Assembly: GCA_049570475.1 (NCBI GenBank)
Contig: CP186953.1
Coordinates: 416,001 to 480,000, forward strand
Direction of reading: 5' to 3'
Source: Candidatus Methanosuratincola verstraetei
Lineage (GTDB): Archaea; Thermoproteota; Methanomethylicia; Methanomethylicales; Methanomethylicaceae
Length of the DNA stretch: 64,000 nt
The notes below the pieces were generated by a model, which searched no databases, had not been told where the DNA came from, and worked only from the letters and a program-made list of their open reading frames with translations. This document shows positions 20,793 to 30,096 of this stretch, in pieces (the first letter of the stretch is position 1; the number at the start of each line of letters is the position of its first letter). Made by a program: the position numbers and the translations under genes.

Positions 20793-21422
20793 ATGAGGGT
20801 CCTAGGGATCGATGAGGCAGGAAGAGGGCCAGTCATCGGACCCATGGTGATTGCAGGCGTCATCTTCGAGGCGGAAATTATACCCAAGTTGGTCAGCATT
20901 GGTGTGAAGGACTCGAAGAAGCTCACCCCTAGGGCTAGGGAAAGGTTGCTGGACAAGATCCTTGCGATGGCAGAAGGCAGCTATGTCAGGGTGATCAGCG
21001 CTGCTGAGATAGACGAGATGAGGAAAACCAAGAACCTCAACCAGATCGAGGCTGAGGAGATGGCAGAGATGATCAGAAGATCTTTGCCTGACGAGGTCCA
21101 CCTGGGCAGCGTGGACGTGGATGAAAGGAGGTTTGGCATGGAGATCATGAGGCTTTCAGGCATTGCCCGTGGAATACGATCGGTCCACCACGCAGAGGAC
21201 AGGTTCCCGGCTGTGGCTGCCGCATCGATAGTGGCAAAGACAACAAGGGACAGGGCAATCAGTGAGCTGAGGAAAGAGTACGGGGATTTCGGATCAGGGT
21301 ACCCGAGCGATCCAAAAACAAGGGCCTTCGTATGCCGGGCCCTTGCGGAAAAAAAATGCCCACCAATAATCAGGGCATCATGGAAAACAGTTGTAGGATT
21401 GAAGGGGCTTCAGTTATCCTGA
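20793..21422 (+). CDS. rnhB: ribonuclease HII with atypical active-site residues
   Basis: GIDEAGRGPVIGP, DSKKL, AAASIVAK, GSGYPSDP. Confidence 0.95.
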   Translation: MRVLGIDEAGRGPVIGPMVIAGVIFEAEIIPKLVSIGVKDSKKLTPRARERLLDKILAMAEGSYVRVISAAEIDEMRKTKNLNQIEAEEMAEMIRRSLPDEVHLGSVDVDERRFGMEIMRLSGIARGIRSVHHAEDRFPAVAAASIVAKTTRDRAISELRKEYGDFGSGYPSDPKTRAFVCRALAEKKCPPIIRASWKTVVGLKGLQLS

Positions 21423-22366
21423 TCTGTAATCTCGACGCCCAATAGCTTGGCCAATTCCCGTATGTGTTCGACCTTTTTGATTTCGTCTATCCTAACGACA
21501 AGGATATCGCTGTTTTGGGGAGATTTCTCCTCGGTCACGAGTATTGGGGACGTCCCCAAAACCCTGCCGACCTCTATTGCGTTCTCGATTTTATTCTCAA
21601 GGCGCTCTTTATTCATCCGCTCCTCATAAGTCAGGAAACTTACGCCAACGTTCTTGGCATGGATGTCTATGGGGGCATGGCTGAAACCCAAAGCCCGGCA
21701 CCCTATCCTTTTGAGCTTTGAATGGAGCTGTTTTGCCACCGCCCCTGTGGGGTTCTTTTCAGGCGCCTCCCCTTCCAAGTGCCAGTCAAATATGTCGATG
21801 CCTACAACCATGCTGCTACCCAGGATCCTCTCGAGGCGCTCTACCGTCTGGATGGTTGCGCCCATCTGATCCCGCTCATATTCATAAATCGCCTTTCTGC
21901 TCACGCCTATCAAATTGGCAAGCTGCCCGAGCGACAGCCCTTTCTTTTCGCGGCATGCCTTCAAGGTGTGGCCATCTATCTTGAAATATATACCTCCTCT
22001 CTTGGAGTATACTGCAGGGAGCCTCCTCCTCAGCGCTGCGTCCCTGAAGGTTTTTGGGTGTATGACATTAACCCCAAACCGCTCATATAGCATGTCTTCC
22101 TCAATAACCCCCTTCTGCATCCTCAATCCGATAATGAATGGCGAAGCATCAAACGCGACTGCAAGTGACTTCAAATCCTCAGCGGATTCGCGCCTTTCGG
22201 AATCGACATTCTCGGAGCTCTTGATCAGCAATTTCGTCTCGCCTTTCTTGGCCACAATCTGTATGCAATAGTCTCGCGAGGTGATCTCAGAGGCGATAAA
22301 GCCAGCTTCCTCAAGAGTCCTCAGGATGTCCCCGATAAGACTCGCAGACTGCGGCCTCATAACCAT
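21410..22366 (-). CDS. archaeal Cro/C1 HTH transcriptional regulator (COG1395-like)
   Basis: RGGIYFKIDG..LK..RE..GLSLGQLA..IGVSRKAIYEYER. Confidence 0.85.
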   Translation of the reverse strand: MVMRPQSASLIGDILRTLEEAGFIASEITSRDYCIQIVAKKGETKLLIKSSENVDSERRESAEDLKSLAVAFDASPFIIGLRMQKGVIEEDMLYERFGVNVIHPKTFRDAALRRRLPAVYSKRGGIYFKIDGHTLKACREKKGLSLGQLANLIGVSRKAIYEYERDQMGATIQTVERLERILGSSMVVGIDIFDWHLEGEAPEKNPTGAVAKQLHSKLKRIGCRALGFSHAPIDIHAKNVGVSFLTYEERMNKERLENKIENAIEVGRVLGTSPILVTEEKSPQNSDILVVRIDEIKKVEHIRELAKLLGVEITDQDN

Positions 22367-22438
22367 TCCAATTAGTCTATCATCAAAGAAGGATATAAAG
22401 TTGAGCAGCGATATGGCAGCCTTCAAAAAAAGGGATAA

Positions 22439-22852
22439 TTAGAGGATGAAGCCGAATGCGATGATCGTTGGGAAACGCCGGATCAGCTCCAAAACCTCGG
22501 GCCGGAAGAGGTATTTGTTTTTATAAGGAGGCCTGTCAAGGAGACGGTTTACTGCCTCTATCTCCCCTTCGTTCCCGTCTATCAGATATGTGCCCTTTTT
22601 CAGAGAGGATTCCCTGACGATTACGATCGGAAGGCGCACCAGATTAGAGCTCGCCTTTGGTACAGCTTTGACGAACTCGTCCAGCTCTTCCCTGTTAAAA
22701 TAGACGGTTTCCCCTGCAAGGTTTTTGTAGGCTGGTCTGCTTTCATTCAAGAGATCAGAGACGGGTCTCCTCTCCCTGGGCAGCGACTCATTCAGCTTCT
22801 TCAGCTCAACTTCCCACAAGAGCTTGTCTGTACTTTCCCCCTCTTCGTGCAT
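22439..22852 (-). CDS. DUF61/UPF0216 family protein
   Basis: LNESLPRERR...LL, F..EEL, LPIVI pattern; adjacent to fibrillarin. Confidence 0.75.
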   Translation of the reverse strand: MHEEGESTDKLLWEVELKKLNESLPRERRPVSDLLNESRPAYKNLAGETVYFNREELDEFVKAVPKASSNLVRLPIVIVRESSLKKGTYLIDGNEGEIEAVNRLLDRPPYKNKYLFRPEVLELIRRFPTIIAFGFIL

Positions 22853-22854
22853 AT

Positions 22855-23541
22855 TCAGAGCCGCTCTCCGAGCACCATCGCATGATCCTTTTCGTAAGGC
22901 TCAAGATGCTTAAGATCCAGTATCCTGAATGATCTGTCCTCGAGGATCTTCACTTCCTGTTTGAAAACTTGGGACGGGTCCATTGTCACGTCGACGCTCC
23001 TTGCTTTGATCGCAATCATTACCTTGCCCCCCCTCTTCAGGTAATGGTCCGAATTATCAGCCAACAGTTTTGCTTGCTCGGGTTGGGCAACGTCGCAGTA
23101 TATGACATCGACGAGCTCGAGGAAGAATCTGTAGGAAGACGGGTTCCTCGCATCCCCAAGGATGGGCACCATGTTGCTTCTCTTGGCAGTGACCTCCAAG
23201 AGCTCGCGTATCACCCTAGGAGCAAATTCTACACAGTATACCTTGCCCTTGCTTCCAACGATGTCGGACACGTGGCTGGGTGTTGTCCCGCTTGCAGCGC
23301 CTAGATACAGGACTTTAGAACCTGGGCTCACTGGTACAGACTTGATCCCTTTTTCAATCGCTGCACCCAGTTTGCTCCTGTAAGGGCTCCAGACCCTGTA
23401 CTCAGCATCTCCTATACTGTAGAGATCTTCCCCGTAAACCCTTGAGCCAGGGACTAGATTCTCCGTGGCAAGTTGCCTTCCTGTATCGGTCTCGACATAG
23501 AAGACACCCTTGAATTTCGGATGTTCGACAACGTTCACCAT
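22855..23541 (-). CDS. flpA: fibrillarin rRNA/tRNA 2'-O-methyltransferase
   Basis: VYGE, W.PYRSKL, VLYLGAASGTT.SHVSD, DVAQPEQ. Confidence 0.98.
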   Translation of the reverse strand: MVNVVEHPKFKGVFYVETDTGRQLATENLVPGSRVYGEDLYSIGDAEYRVWSPYRSKLGAAIEKGIKSVPVSPGSKVLYLGAASGTTPSHVSDIVGSKGKVYCVEFAPRVIRELLEVTAKRSNMVPILGDARNPSSYRFFLELVDVIYCDVAQPEQAKLLADNSDHYLKRGGKVMIAIKARSVDVTMDPSQVFKQEVKILEDRSFRILDLKHLEPYEKDHAMVLGERL

Positions 23542-24788
23542 CGCCTATTCCTCCTTTTTTCCTTCCTGAACCTCTTAAACGACCTTTCCTGCTTCGCCGG
23601 CCTTGCAGGCGGCTTCGCGTACTTCTTCTTAATCTCAGCTATCCGCTTCTCCACCGATGATTTGAGTTTGTCGGCAATGAATTCGCCGCCGAAGGCATCG
23701 ACTCGTGCTGCAATCGATAGCTTTCCGGCCAGCGCACGCGCGATCTTACCCCTCTGCCACCTCTCTGCGCTGTGGAGGTACTGGTGCTGGAAGATTATGC
23801 CGTGCTTCGGGGGGCGCGCGCCTGTCTTTAGTGACCGGAAGAGGGCCTTTTCTGCCCCTAGCACCTGTATCGTGCTCGCAGGCTTCTTGGCAAGGTTTTC
23901 GAGGCTGCCCGCGAGTGCGATCAGCCTTGCGCCGAGTGTCGCCCCAGCCAATTCCCGCACGTTTGGAGCTATTTCTTTCATGACTTCGTCAATGTATTTC
24001 TCCATCGAGTCCCTCGACTCGTATGTCTTGAGGTTTATTTCTGCCAAGTCCACTATCTGCTTGAGATCATAATCGTTAACTTCCGCACCCATCGACTTCA
24101 TAGCCGCCTCGTATATCGCCTTCCCCCTGTTTTCAGCCTGGACCACTTTTGAAACAGCTTCGGGATCGATATTGCTACGCCTGCCGAAGGTCTTCACAAT
24201 CTCCATATACTGCCGGTGATCTGGAACTAGGCTGTCCAACTCTGGGAAGTGCAGGCCGTACCACTCCCTGACCCTAGAGACTGTGATGTTCACGTTCTTG
24301 TCGATCTCGTCGAGCGCGGATACCGCCTGTGCAACTAACCTGTCGCGCTTTTCGGAAGCCGCCTTTATCTTCGTCCTCACTATCGATTCAGACGTTTCCC
24401 TGAGGAGGCGATCCATGAAAGGCTGCTTCTTCCCTGCCGAGAGGAAAGCGCTTAAAGGGGATGCCCTGAAAGAGGTGCCGGCAGGGCTGGGTGATTCGGA
24501 ATGCGACTTGACCCCGAAGCGCGTCCTGATCGCCTTTGCCTCCAGTTCGTCTTCAAAAACTAGTTCGTCACATCCCATCTCAACGAGATCATGGACAAGA
24601 ACCTCGAGGTCCCTCGAAAGCCCCTTTTTCTCCAGGTCAAGTATCTGGGATGTAGCATCGCTAGAGCTCTCGAATATCCTCGAGGCGATCAGCTTCAGCG
24701 ATTCGTCATAAGCGAAAAATCCGCCGAAGCTGTCGACAACATAACATTTCAAAGCAATCACACCAGACTCATCTTTATCAACGCACAT
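23535..24788 (-). CDS. nop5: C/D box RNP subunit Nop5 (Nop56/58); start possibly TTG at 24752
   Basis: REWYGLHFPEL, PASTIQVLGAEKALFR, PKHGIIFQ. Confidence 0.97.
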   Translation of the reverse strand: MCVDKDESGVIALKCYVVDSFGGFFAYDESLKLIASRIFESSSDATSQILDLEKKGLSRDLEVLVHDLVEMGCDELVFEDELEAKAIRTRFGVKSHSESPSPAGTSFRASPLSAFLSAGKKQPFMDRLLRETSESIVRTKIKAASEKRDRLVAQAVSALDEIDKNVNITVSRVREWYGLHFPELDSLVPDHRQYMEIVKTFGRRSNIDPEAVSKVVQAENRGKAIYEAAMKSMGAEVNDYDLKQIVDLAEINLKTYESRDSMEKYIDEVMKEIAPNVRELAGATLGARLIALAGSLENLAKKPASTIQVLGAEKALFRSLKTGARPPKHGIIFQHQYLHSAERWQRGKIARALAGKLSIAARVDAFGGEFIADKLKSSVEKRIAEIKKKYAKPPARPAKQERSFKRFRKEKRRNRRW

Positions 24789-24837
24789 TTATAAAGCTCA
24801 AGTGTAGGTGTGCCAAGCCCGAATGGTATTCCGAAGG

Positions 24838-25449
24838 TCACTGCATGCTTTTCCTGAACCCGCGGCAGACCAAGTAGACCTCTGAGCTTGAATCCCTTGA
24901 GGCGCTGGGCTTGAAGATCCTGACATCCGAAAAACGGCTTCTCACTTCCCTCCTGAAAGCTTCGAAATCAGACCCCATCAGTACTTTGATGACCATTTTC
25001 CCGCCAGGCTTCAGCACTTTGTCGGCCAACTCTAGTGCAATGCCCGCAAGCAATACCTGCCTGCCATGATCGACATCATGTATGCCAGTGAACTTCGGCG
25101 CCATGTCGGATGTGATCACGTCGACCATTCCGCCTGAGGCTCTCGCGATGCTCTCCTGCATTTCGGGCGACCTGGCATCGCCACGCAGGAGCACTGCGTT
25201 CTTGCACGGCAGAGGTTCTATCTCGCTGATGTCGACCCCGATTACCAGCCCCTCCTCGCCCACAAGGCGGCAGGCCACCTGGAGCCACCCACCAGGGGCA
25301 GCGCCCAAGTCCAGAACTTTTTCGCCGCGCTTAATTATCCTGAACCTCTGGCAGATCTCCAAAAGCTTCAAGGCGGACCTGGATCGGTACCCCATCCTCT
25401 TGGCTTCCCTGTAATAGTGATCGCCTAGAATCGAGTCCTTCCCGGGCAT
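24838..25449 (-). CDS. rlmE: 23S rRNA Um2552 2'-O-methyltransferase RlmE/FtsJ
   Basis: YRSRSALKL, DLGAAPGGW, SDMAP, KP.ASR.SSE.Y. Confidence 0.96.
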   Translation of the reverse strand: MPGKDSILGDHYYREAKRMGYRSRSALKLLEICQRFRIIKRGEKVLDLGAAPGGWLQVACRLVGEEGLVIGVDISEIEPLPCKNAVLLRGDARSPEMQESIARASGGMVDVITSDMAPKFTGIHDVDHGRQVLLAGIALELADKVLKPGGKMVIKVLMGSDFEAFRREVRSRFSDVRIFKPSASRDSSSEVYLVCRGFRKSMQ

Positions 25450-25454
25450 CTAAC

Positions 25455-25868
25455 TCACTCTTTCTCCGAGGAGGCTGCCTTTTTGATCTCCTCTGACTTT
25501 TGGTACTTCATGAACTCGTTCCTCAGCGACATCGTCAGCTTGACGCAGTTCTCCGGGGATATTGGCTGCCCCATCCCGCACCTGGACAGGTCGTGGCACG
25601 TGAAGCATGAGCACCAGACCATGTCAGATATCTGCACTTTCTGCTCTTTCTTCATCAGAATGACACGGTAGGTTTTGTGGCTGTCCCCAGTGGATGGCTC
25701 ACGCTTGACAATGCCCTTCTTTTCCATCCTAGCGAGCGCTCTAGAGACCTCTCGGCTGTTCGAGTTTATGCTCTTCCATAGATCGCTCTGGAGCAGGCTC
25801 CGATCAGCAGATTTCTGCAATGCCTTGATTAGCTTCTCCTCCAGCTCCTCCACAAAACACACTTCCAA
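25455..25868 (-). CDS. transcription factor E beta (RPC34/39-like winged helix with C-terminal FeS Cys cluster)
   Basis: QSDLWK...SR.VSR.L..ME wHTH followed by CFTC...RC..G..ISP.NC; downstream of tfb. Confidence 0.8.
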   Translation of the reverse strand: MEVCFVEELEEKLIKALQKSADRSLLQSDLWKSINSNSREVSRALARMEKKGIVKREPSTGDSHKTYRVILMKKEQKVQISDMVWCSCFTCHDLSRCGMGQPISPENCVKLTMSLRNEFMKYQKSEEIKKAASSEKE

Positions 25869-25898
25869 AGCCGTGCATGTAAAAAGATGGTAAGGAGG

Positions 25899-26837
25899 CT
25901 ATAAATAGATTTCAAGCGTGAGTTTGTCTATCAGCTCCTTATACCGGTTCCTGACCGTGACTTCGGTCACATTTGCGGCGCTTGCAATGTCCCTCTGCGT
26001 GCGCTTCACCTCGAGCAGTACGCTCGCGATATACACCGCAGCGGCAGCAACTCCTGTCGGACCGCGCCCGGAGGTCAGCCCCTCGCTGCTCGCGAAACGG
26101 ATTATCTCGACTGCCTTCTGCTGCACTCTCCCGTCCAGGTTCAGCTTCGTCACCAGCCTTGGCACATAATTGACGGGATCCGTAGGAAGGACCTTGATCG
26201 TTAGTTCGTTCGAAACGAACCTGTAACTCCGGGCTATCTCCTTCTTGCTGGCCCTTGAGACAGAGGAGATCTCGTCAAGGGTGAGGGGGACGTTGTACTT
26301 CCTGCATGACGCATAGAGTGCGGCACCTGTCATGCTCTCGATAGATCGCCCCCTGATGAGCTGGCTTTCTACAGCCCTCCTGTAGAGGAGGGCGGAGGCC
26401 TCTCTGATGTTCCTGGATAGGCCCAGCTGGGAAGCCATCCTCTCCAGCTCGGAGAGGGCAAAAGCAAGATTCCTCTCGGAAGCATCGGAGACCCTTATCC
26501 TCCTTTGCCATTTCCTAAGGCGGTAGATCTGCGCCCTCTTCTTCGAAGTGATGGACTTGCCGTAGCTGTCCTTGTCCCTCCAGTCAATCATCGTGGAGAG
26601 ACCCTTGTCGTGTATCGTAAGCGTTATAGGCGCGCCAGCGCGCGATCGCTTGTCCCTCTGGTCACTGTCGAAAGCCCTCCATTCAGGACCTGGGTCGAGG
26701 AGCTTGTCGCCGAGAACCAGCCCGCACGCCCTGCAGGTGACCTCGGCCCGCTCGTAGTCCCTAACCAGCGTCTTTGCCCCGCATTCAGGGCACATCATTT
26801 CGTCAATTTCTCGAATATCTGTTAGATTTCTTTCCAT
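25899..26837 (-). CDS. tfb: transcription initiation factor IIB
   Basis: CPECG...CRACG Zn ribbon, GPEWRAF, cyclin repeats, [13 protein letters not shown]. Confidence 0.98.
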   Translation of the reverse strand: MERNLTDIREIDEMMCPECGAKTLVRDYERAEVTCRACGLVLGDKLLDPGPEWRAFDSDQRDKRSRAGAPITLTIHDKGLSTMIDWRDKDSYGKSITSKKRAQIYRLRKWQRRIRVSDASERNLAFALSELERMASQLGLSRNIREASALLYRRAVESQLIRGRSIESMTGAALYASCRKYNVPLTLDEISSVSRASKKEIARSYRFVSNELTIKVLPTDPVNYVPRLVTKLNLDGRVQQKAVEIIRFASSEGLTSGRGPTGVAAAAVYIASVLLEVKRTQRDIASAANVTEVTVRNRYKELIDKLTLEIYL

Positions 26838-27138
26838 AGCCCTTTGAGCCCCTCCTTAAATTTCTCCGACGAGGTTCCTCCGTAAAGAACTCCAGACCGG
26901 CGACTTCAGCACCAGGTTTCCTGATGAGTTTCACCGAGACGTAGGGATTGCTGATGGGACCGAAGATGTCTATCACAGACCCAACAACCCCAAACCCCTT
27001 GAGCACCACCGAAGAACCGATCCTTGGGGGGGTTTTCGCTTTTATTGTCAGAAGACCGCTCTTGCCTATGTGGACGCCGACCCCCAAGTAGTTCAAGACA
27101 CCAACTCCGAGATGAAGGTAATCATGAGCATATACCAT
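26803..27138 (-). CDS. gar1: H/ACA RNP subunit Gar1/Naf1
   Basis: VG.V.DIFGPI.NPY.SVK; usual position upstream of tfb. Confidence 0.9.
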   Translation of the reverse strand: MVYAHDYLHLGVGVLNYLGVGVHIGKSGLLTIKAKTPPRIGSSVVLKGFGVVGSVIDIFGPISNPYVSVKLIRKPGAEVAGLEFFTEEPRRRNLRRGSKGYGKKSNRYSRN

Positions 27139-27198
27139 TAGTGTTTTATATCCTTTACTTTGATTATTACCTAGTTTTAAAATAACTTAAACGGTTCA

Positions 27199-27510
27199 TC
27201 ACTTTCTTTTCAGAGATCTTCTTTTTGCAATAGAGGCGGATATTCGAATCAACAGCACAGCCTTCTTCTCGCCTCCTTTCTTGCTGACCAAGACCCTGCC
27301 CGGCCTTTCCCACCAAGAGGATGGGAACTTCTTCTCGCCCTCGAGCTGGGCTTCATATGACAGATCCCGGCACGCCTCAAGGATCTCCTCCGCCGTGGGG
27401 GATTCCACAGCCTTCTCTTTCGGGATCATCCTCCCCCTTGACCTAGTCTTTGAGGAGTCCAAGTATGCGGGCCATACGACAAACTGACCCTCCTTCTTTG
27501 CCAAGCCCAT
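27199..27510 (-). CDS. srp19: signal recognition particle 19 kDa protein
   Basis: WPAYLDS.KTRS.GR.IP, K.FPS.WW..GRV. Confidence 0.95.
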   Translation of the reverse strand: MGLAKKEGQFVVWPAYLDSSKTRSRGRMIPKEKAVESPTAEEILEACRDLSYEAQLEGEKKFPSSWWERPGRVLVSKKGGEKKAVLLIRISASIAKRRSLKRK

Positions 27511-27552
27511 ATCACCAAGACAACGATATTAGGATGGGAATTTTTAATAAAT

Positions 27553-27936
27553 GTGATCCCCATGCACGAGTTTTCACTCGCTTCGAGCCTTGTTCAATAT
27601 GTCTCTGATGCCGCCAAGAAGAGCGGGATAGCAGAGATCAAGGAGATCCACATTGAAGTCGGGGAGATGACGCACATAGACCCCCGGCAGCTCAAGTTCT
27701 GCATCAAGATAGCAAGCCAGAACACGATAGCGGACGGTAGCCGCGTCTTCATAAAGAAAAGGATGCCAGTTTTGAAGTGCTTGAAATGCGGCGCCACGAC
27801 CGAGCTCAAGGGCGGGAAAAATCTTTCAGATTATACCATGGCTTGCCGGTCCTGCGGTAGCCAAGATGTGGAGCTGGAGAGAGGAAAGGAGCTTGTACTA
27901 AAGAGGATAAAGGGCATTAAGAAGGGGACGCCGTGA
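27553..27936 (+). CDS. hypA: hydrogenase nickel chaperone HypA
   Basis: MHEFSLA, CLKC and CRSC, GKEL. Confidence 0.95.
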   Translation: MIPMHEFSLASSLVQYVSDAAKKSGIAEIKEIHIEVGEMTHIDPRQLKFCIKIASQNTIADGSRVFIKKRMPVLKCLKCGATTELKGGKNLSDYTMACRSCGSQDVELERGKELVLKRIKGIKKGTP

Positions 27937-27948
27937 TGAAGAAGGCTT

Positions 27949-28335
27949 TCATTTCATGAGGACTGCGTTCAGCACTCCGTCCTGGCCTGGCCTCGAGGAT
28001 ACCCTTGCATCGCCCAGCTCGGTCTCGATAATAGCGCCCTTAGTGATGACGCCCCTTCTCGAATAATCGACATTCGAAGGGTTGGTCTTCACCTTGGTTA
28101 TCTTGACCTTCTTGGCGACCTTCGTTTTTGGATCTATCACATTTGCATAGACTGCCTCGTCAAGCCTCAGTTTGACGTTCCCGCCATAGCTCCTTGAGAT
28201 ATTCTTTATCTCTTCGCCAGTACCGAGAGATGTCTCGGTCGGAGCGGAGCCAAGCTCAAATTTCCGCTTCTCCCTGAAGTGGTGAAGCGTGCCACCCGTG
28301 GGCTTTCGCCTATCCCTGCCCTGATAGTAACTCAT
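27949..28335 (-). CDS. rps8e: 30S ribosomal protein S8e
   Basis: RKPTGG, KRKFELG, ITKGAII, SRPGQDG. Confidence 0.98.
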   Translation of the reverse strand: MSYYQGRDRRKPTGGTLHHFREKRKFELGSAPTETSLGTGEEIKNISRSYGGNVKLRLDEAVYANVIDPKTKVAKKVKITKVKTNPSNVDYSRRGVITKGAIIETELGDARVSSRPGQDGVLNAVLMK

Positions 28336-28426
28336 CGATATCCCTCATTCTTAATCCTAAGACACCAATACCAAAAAGGCATACAAATATAAGTTTTTTG
28401 AAGTTTACCAAAGAGGGGCGAGATTT

Positions 28427-29446
28427 TTGAAGGACCGCATACAGCTGAGCCAAGGGGCTGGCGGAAAGCTCATGGACGAGCTCATAAAGAGCGTGATAAT
28501 AGGGAACATAAGCAGGAGAAAAGTAGGAGGGGGCATAGGGCTTGACGAGTTCGACGACGGAGCAACAATACCTTACGGCGGCGTACAGATCGCAGTCTCC
28601 TCTGACGGGCACATCGTCGACCCCCCATTCTTCCCGGGCGGGGACATCGGAAAGCTCGCAGTATGCGGAGCGATAAATGACCTTGCGATGATCGGGGCCA
28701 AGCCCCTGGCACTGACGGACACGATTATTGTGGAGGAGGGCTACCCGATAGAGGATCTTTCTAGGATAGTCAGATCGATGAACGAGACTGCAGAACGGAC
28801 AGAGACTGCGATCATCCACGGGGACTTCAAGGTCATGCCCAAGGGGAAGCTGGACAAGATTGTGATCTCGACGACAGGGATCGGGGTAGTCGAAGGCAAG
28901 CCCATACTTGACTCAGGGCTCAAGGAAGGCGATGCCGTCATCGTCACCGGTCCGATTGGGGATCATGGGATCGCAATAGCCTCGCTGAGGAGCGGGCTCA
29001 GCTTCAGCACATCAGTAATTTCGGACGTTGCCCCGCTTTGGGAGATAATGCGGGCGGCCATGTCGGCAGGGAGAGTGACTGCCGCCAAGGATCCGACAAG
29101 GGGAGGGGCGGCGATGGCCCTTAACGAGATGGCAGAGAGGTCAGGGGTCAGCATATGGATCAGGGAGGAGGACATCCCGATAAGGCAGGAAGTGGTTGGG
29201 GCCTGTGAGATGCTTGGGCTCGACCCATTGGAGCTAACCTGCGAGGGGAGAGCAATAATAGGCGTCAGCAGGGAATGCGCAGAGGATGTGCTCCAGGCGA
29301 TAAGGAAGGTGCCTGAGGGGAGGGACGCGATGATAATCGGATCCGTGCGCAGCGAGAGACCTGGCTATGTGATAATGGAGACATCGGCAGGGGGTAAGAG
29401 GATAATAAACCCGCCCTTGGGAGAGCCGACCCCTAGGATCTGCTGA
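28427..29446 (+). CDS. hypE: hydrogenase maturation protein HypE
   Basis: GAGG, FPGGDIGKLAV, DPTRGG, C-terminal PRIC. Confidence 0.97.
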   Translation: MKDRIQLSQGAGGKLMDELIKSVIIGNISRRKVGGGIGLDEFDDGATIPYGGVQIAVSSDGHIVDPPFFPGGDIGKLAVCGAINDLAMIGAKPLALTDTIIVEEGYPIEDLSRIVRSMNETAERTETAIIHGDFKVMPKGKLDKIVISTTGIGVVEGKPILDSGLKEGDAVIVTGPIGDHGIAIASLRSGLSFSTSVISDVAPLWEIMRAAMSAGRVTAAKDPTRGGAAMALNEMAERSGVSIWIREEDIPIRQEVVGACEMLGLDPLELTCEGRAIIGVSRECAEDVLQAIRKVPEGRDAMIIGSVRSERPGYVIMETSAGGKRIINPPLGEPTPRIC

Positions 29447-29480
29447 AAGCCTTCTCTGTCAGGCGCCATCCCAAGAGCAT

Positions 29481-30041
29481 TCACTGTTTCGTTTCAATGA
29501 AGTACCGCTCTTCGTTCAGCCTAGGGATCATAGCCATCAGTACAGCGATTTCTGAAAGGCTTACGCGATCCAAGGCACCTTTCGAGAAGTACCCTATCGC
29601 CCCCTGCTTCCTACCGAGACCCTCGATCCCTGTGAGCCCCTCCATCACCTTCCCTACCTCAGTTCTAGCTGAGAGGACCTTCTGCACAACTCCTGCAGGG
29701 TATTCAAACGAGGGTCCGCCGCCGATCGTGACCCTCCAGCGCCTGTCGACGATGGCAGCATACTGCTGGTCCATCCAGCCAGAGATCGAATGCGGCACAG
29801 GGACGAGACCTGCCTCTATGCCTACCCCCATTTCTGCACGTCCCTCCAGCTCCAGGGCTCTTCTGGCCCTCCCTATTGCGCCTCGGATAGTCTCTTCGAC
29901 TCCAATCGGCTGGGGCGGGACGATTGACTGGACCTCCTTCATGATCACTTCCACTTGAGGCAGGAATTTGGAAAAGACATTCATCACAGCCTGCACCTTG
30001 ACCGGGTTTGAGGAACCGACCGCTACTATCAAATCCACCAC
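29481..30041 (-). CDS. yjjX: inosine/xanthosine triphosphatase (YjjX family)
   Basis: GSSNPVK..AV, QP.G.EET..GA..RA, GIEAG, GAIG. Confidence 0.92.
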   Translation of the reverse strand: MVDLIVAVGSSNPVKVQAVMNVFSKFLPQVEVIMKEVQSIVPPQPIGVEETIRGAIGRARRALELEGRAEMGVGIEAGLVPVPHSISGWMDQQYAAIVDRRWRVTIGGGPSFEYPAGVVQKVLSARTEVGKVMEGLTGIEGLGRKQGAIGYFSKGALDRVSLSEIAVLMAMIPRLNEERYFIETKQ

Positions 30042-30096
30042 TAGAGATAATCATAAATGGGGAACAGATAAGAATGCTTCTAGCAGGTGCTCATAG

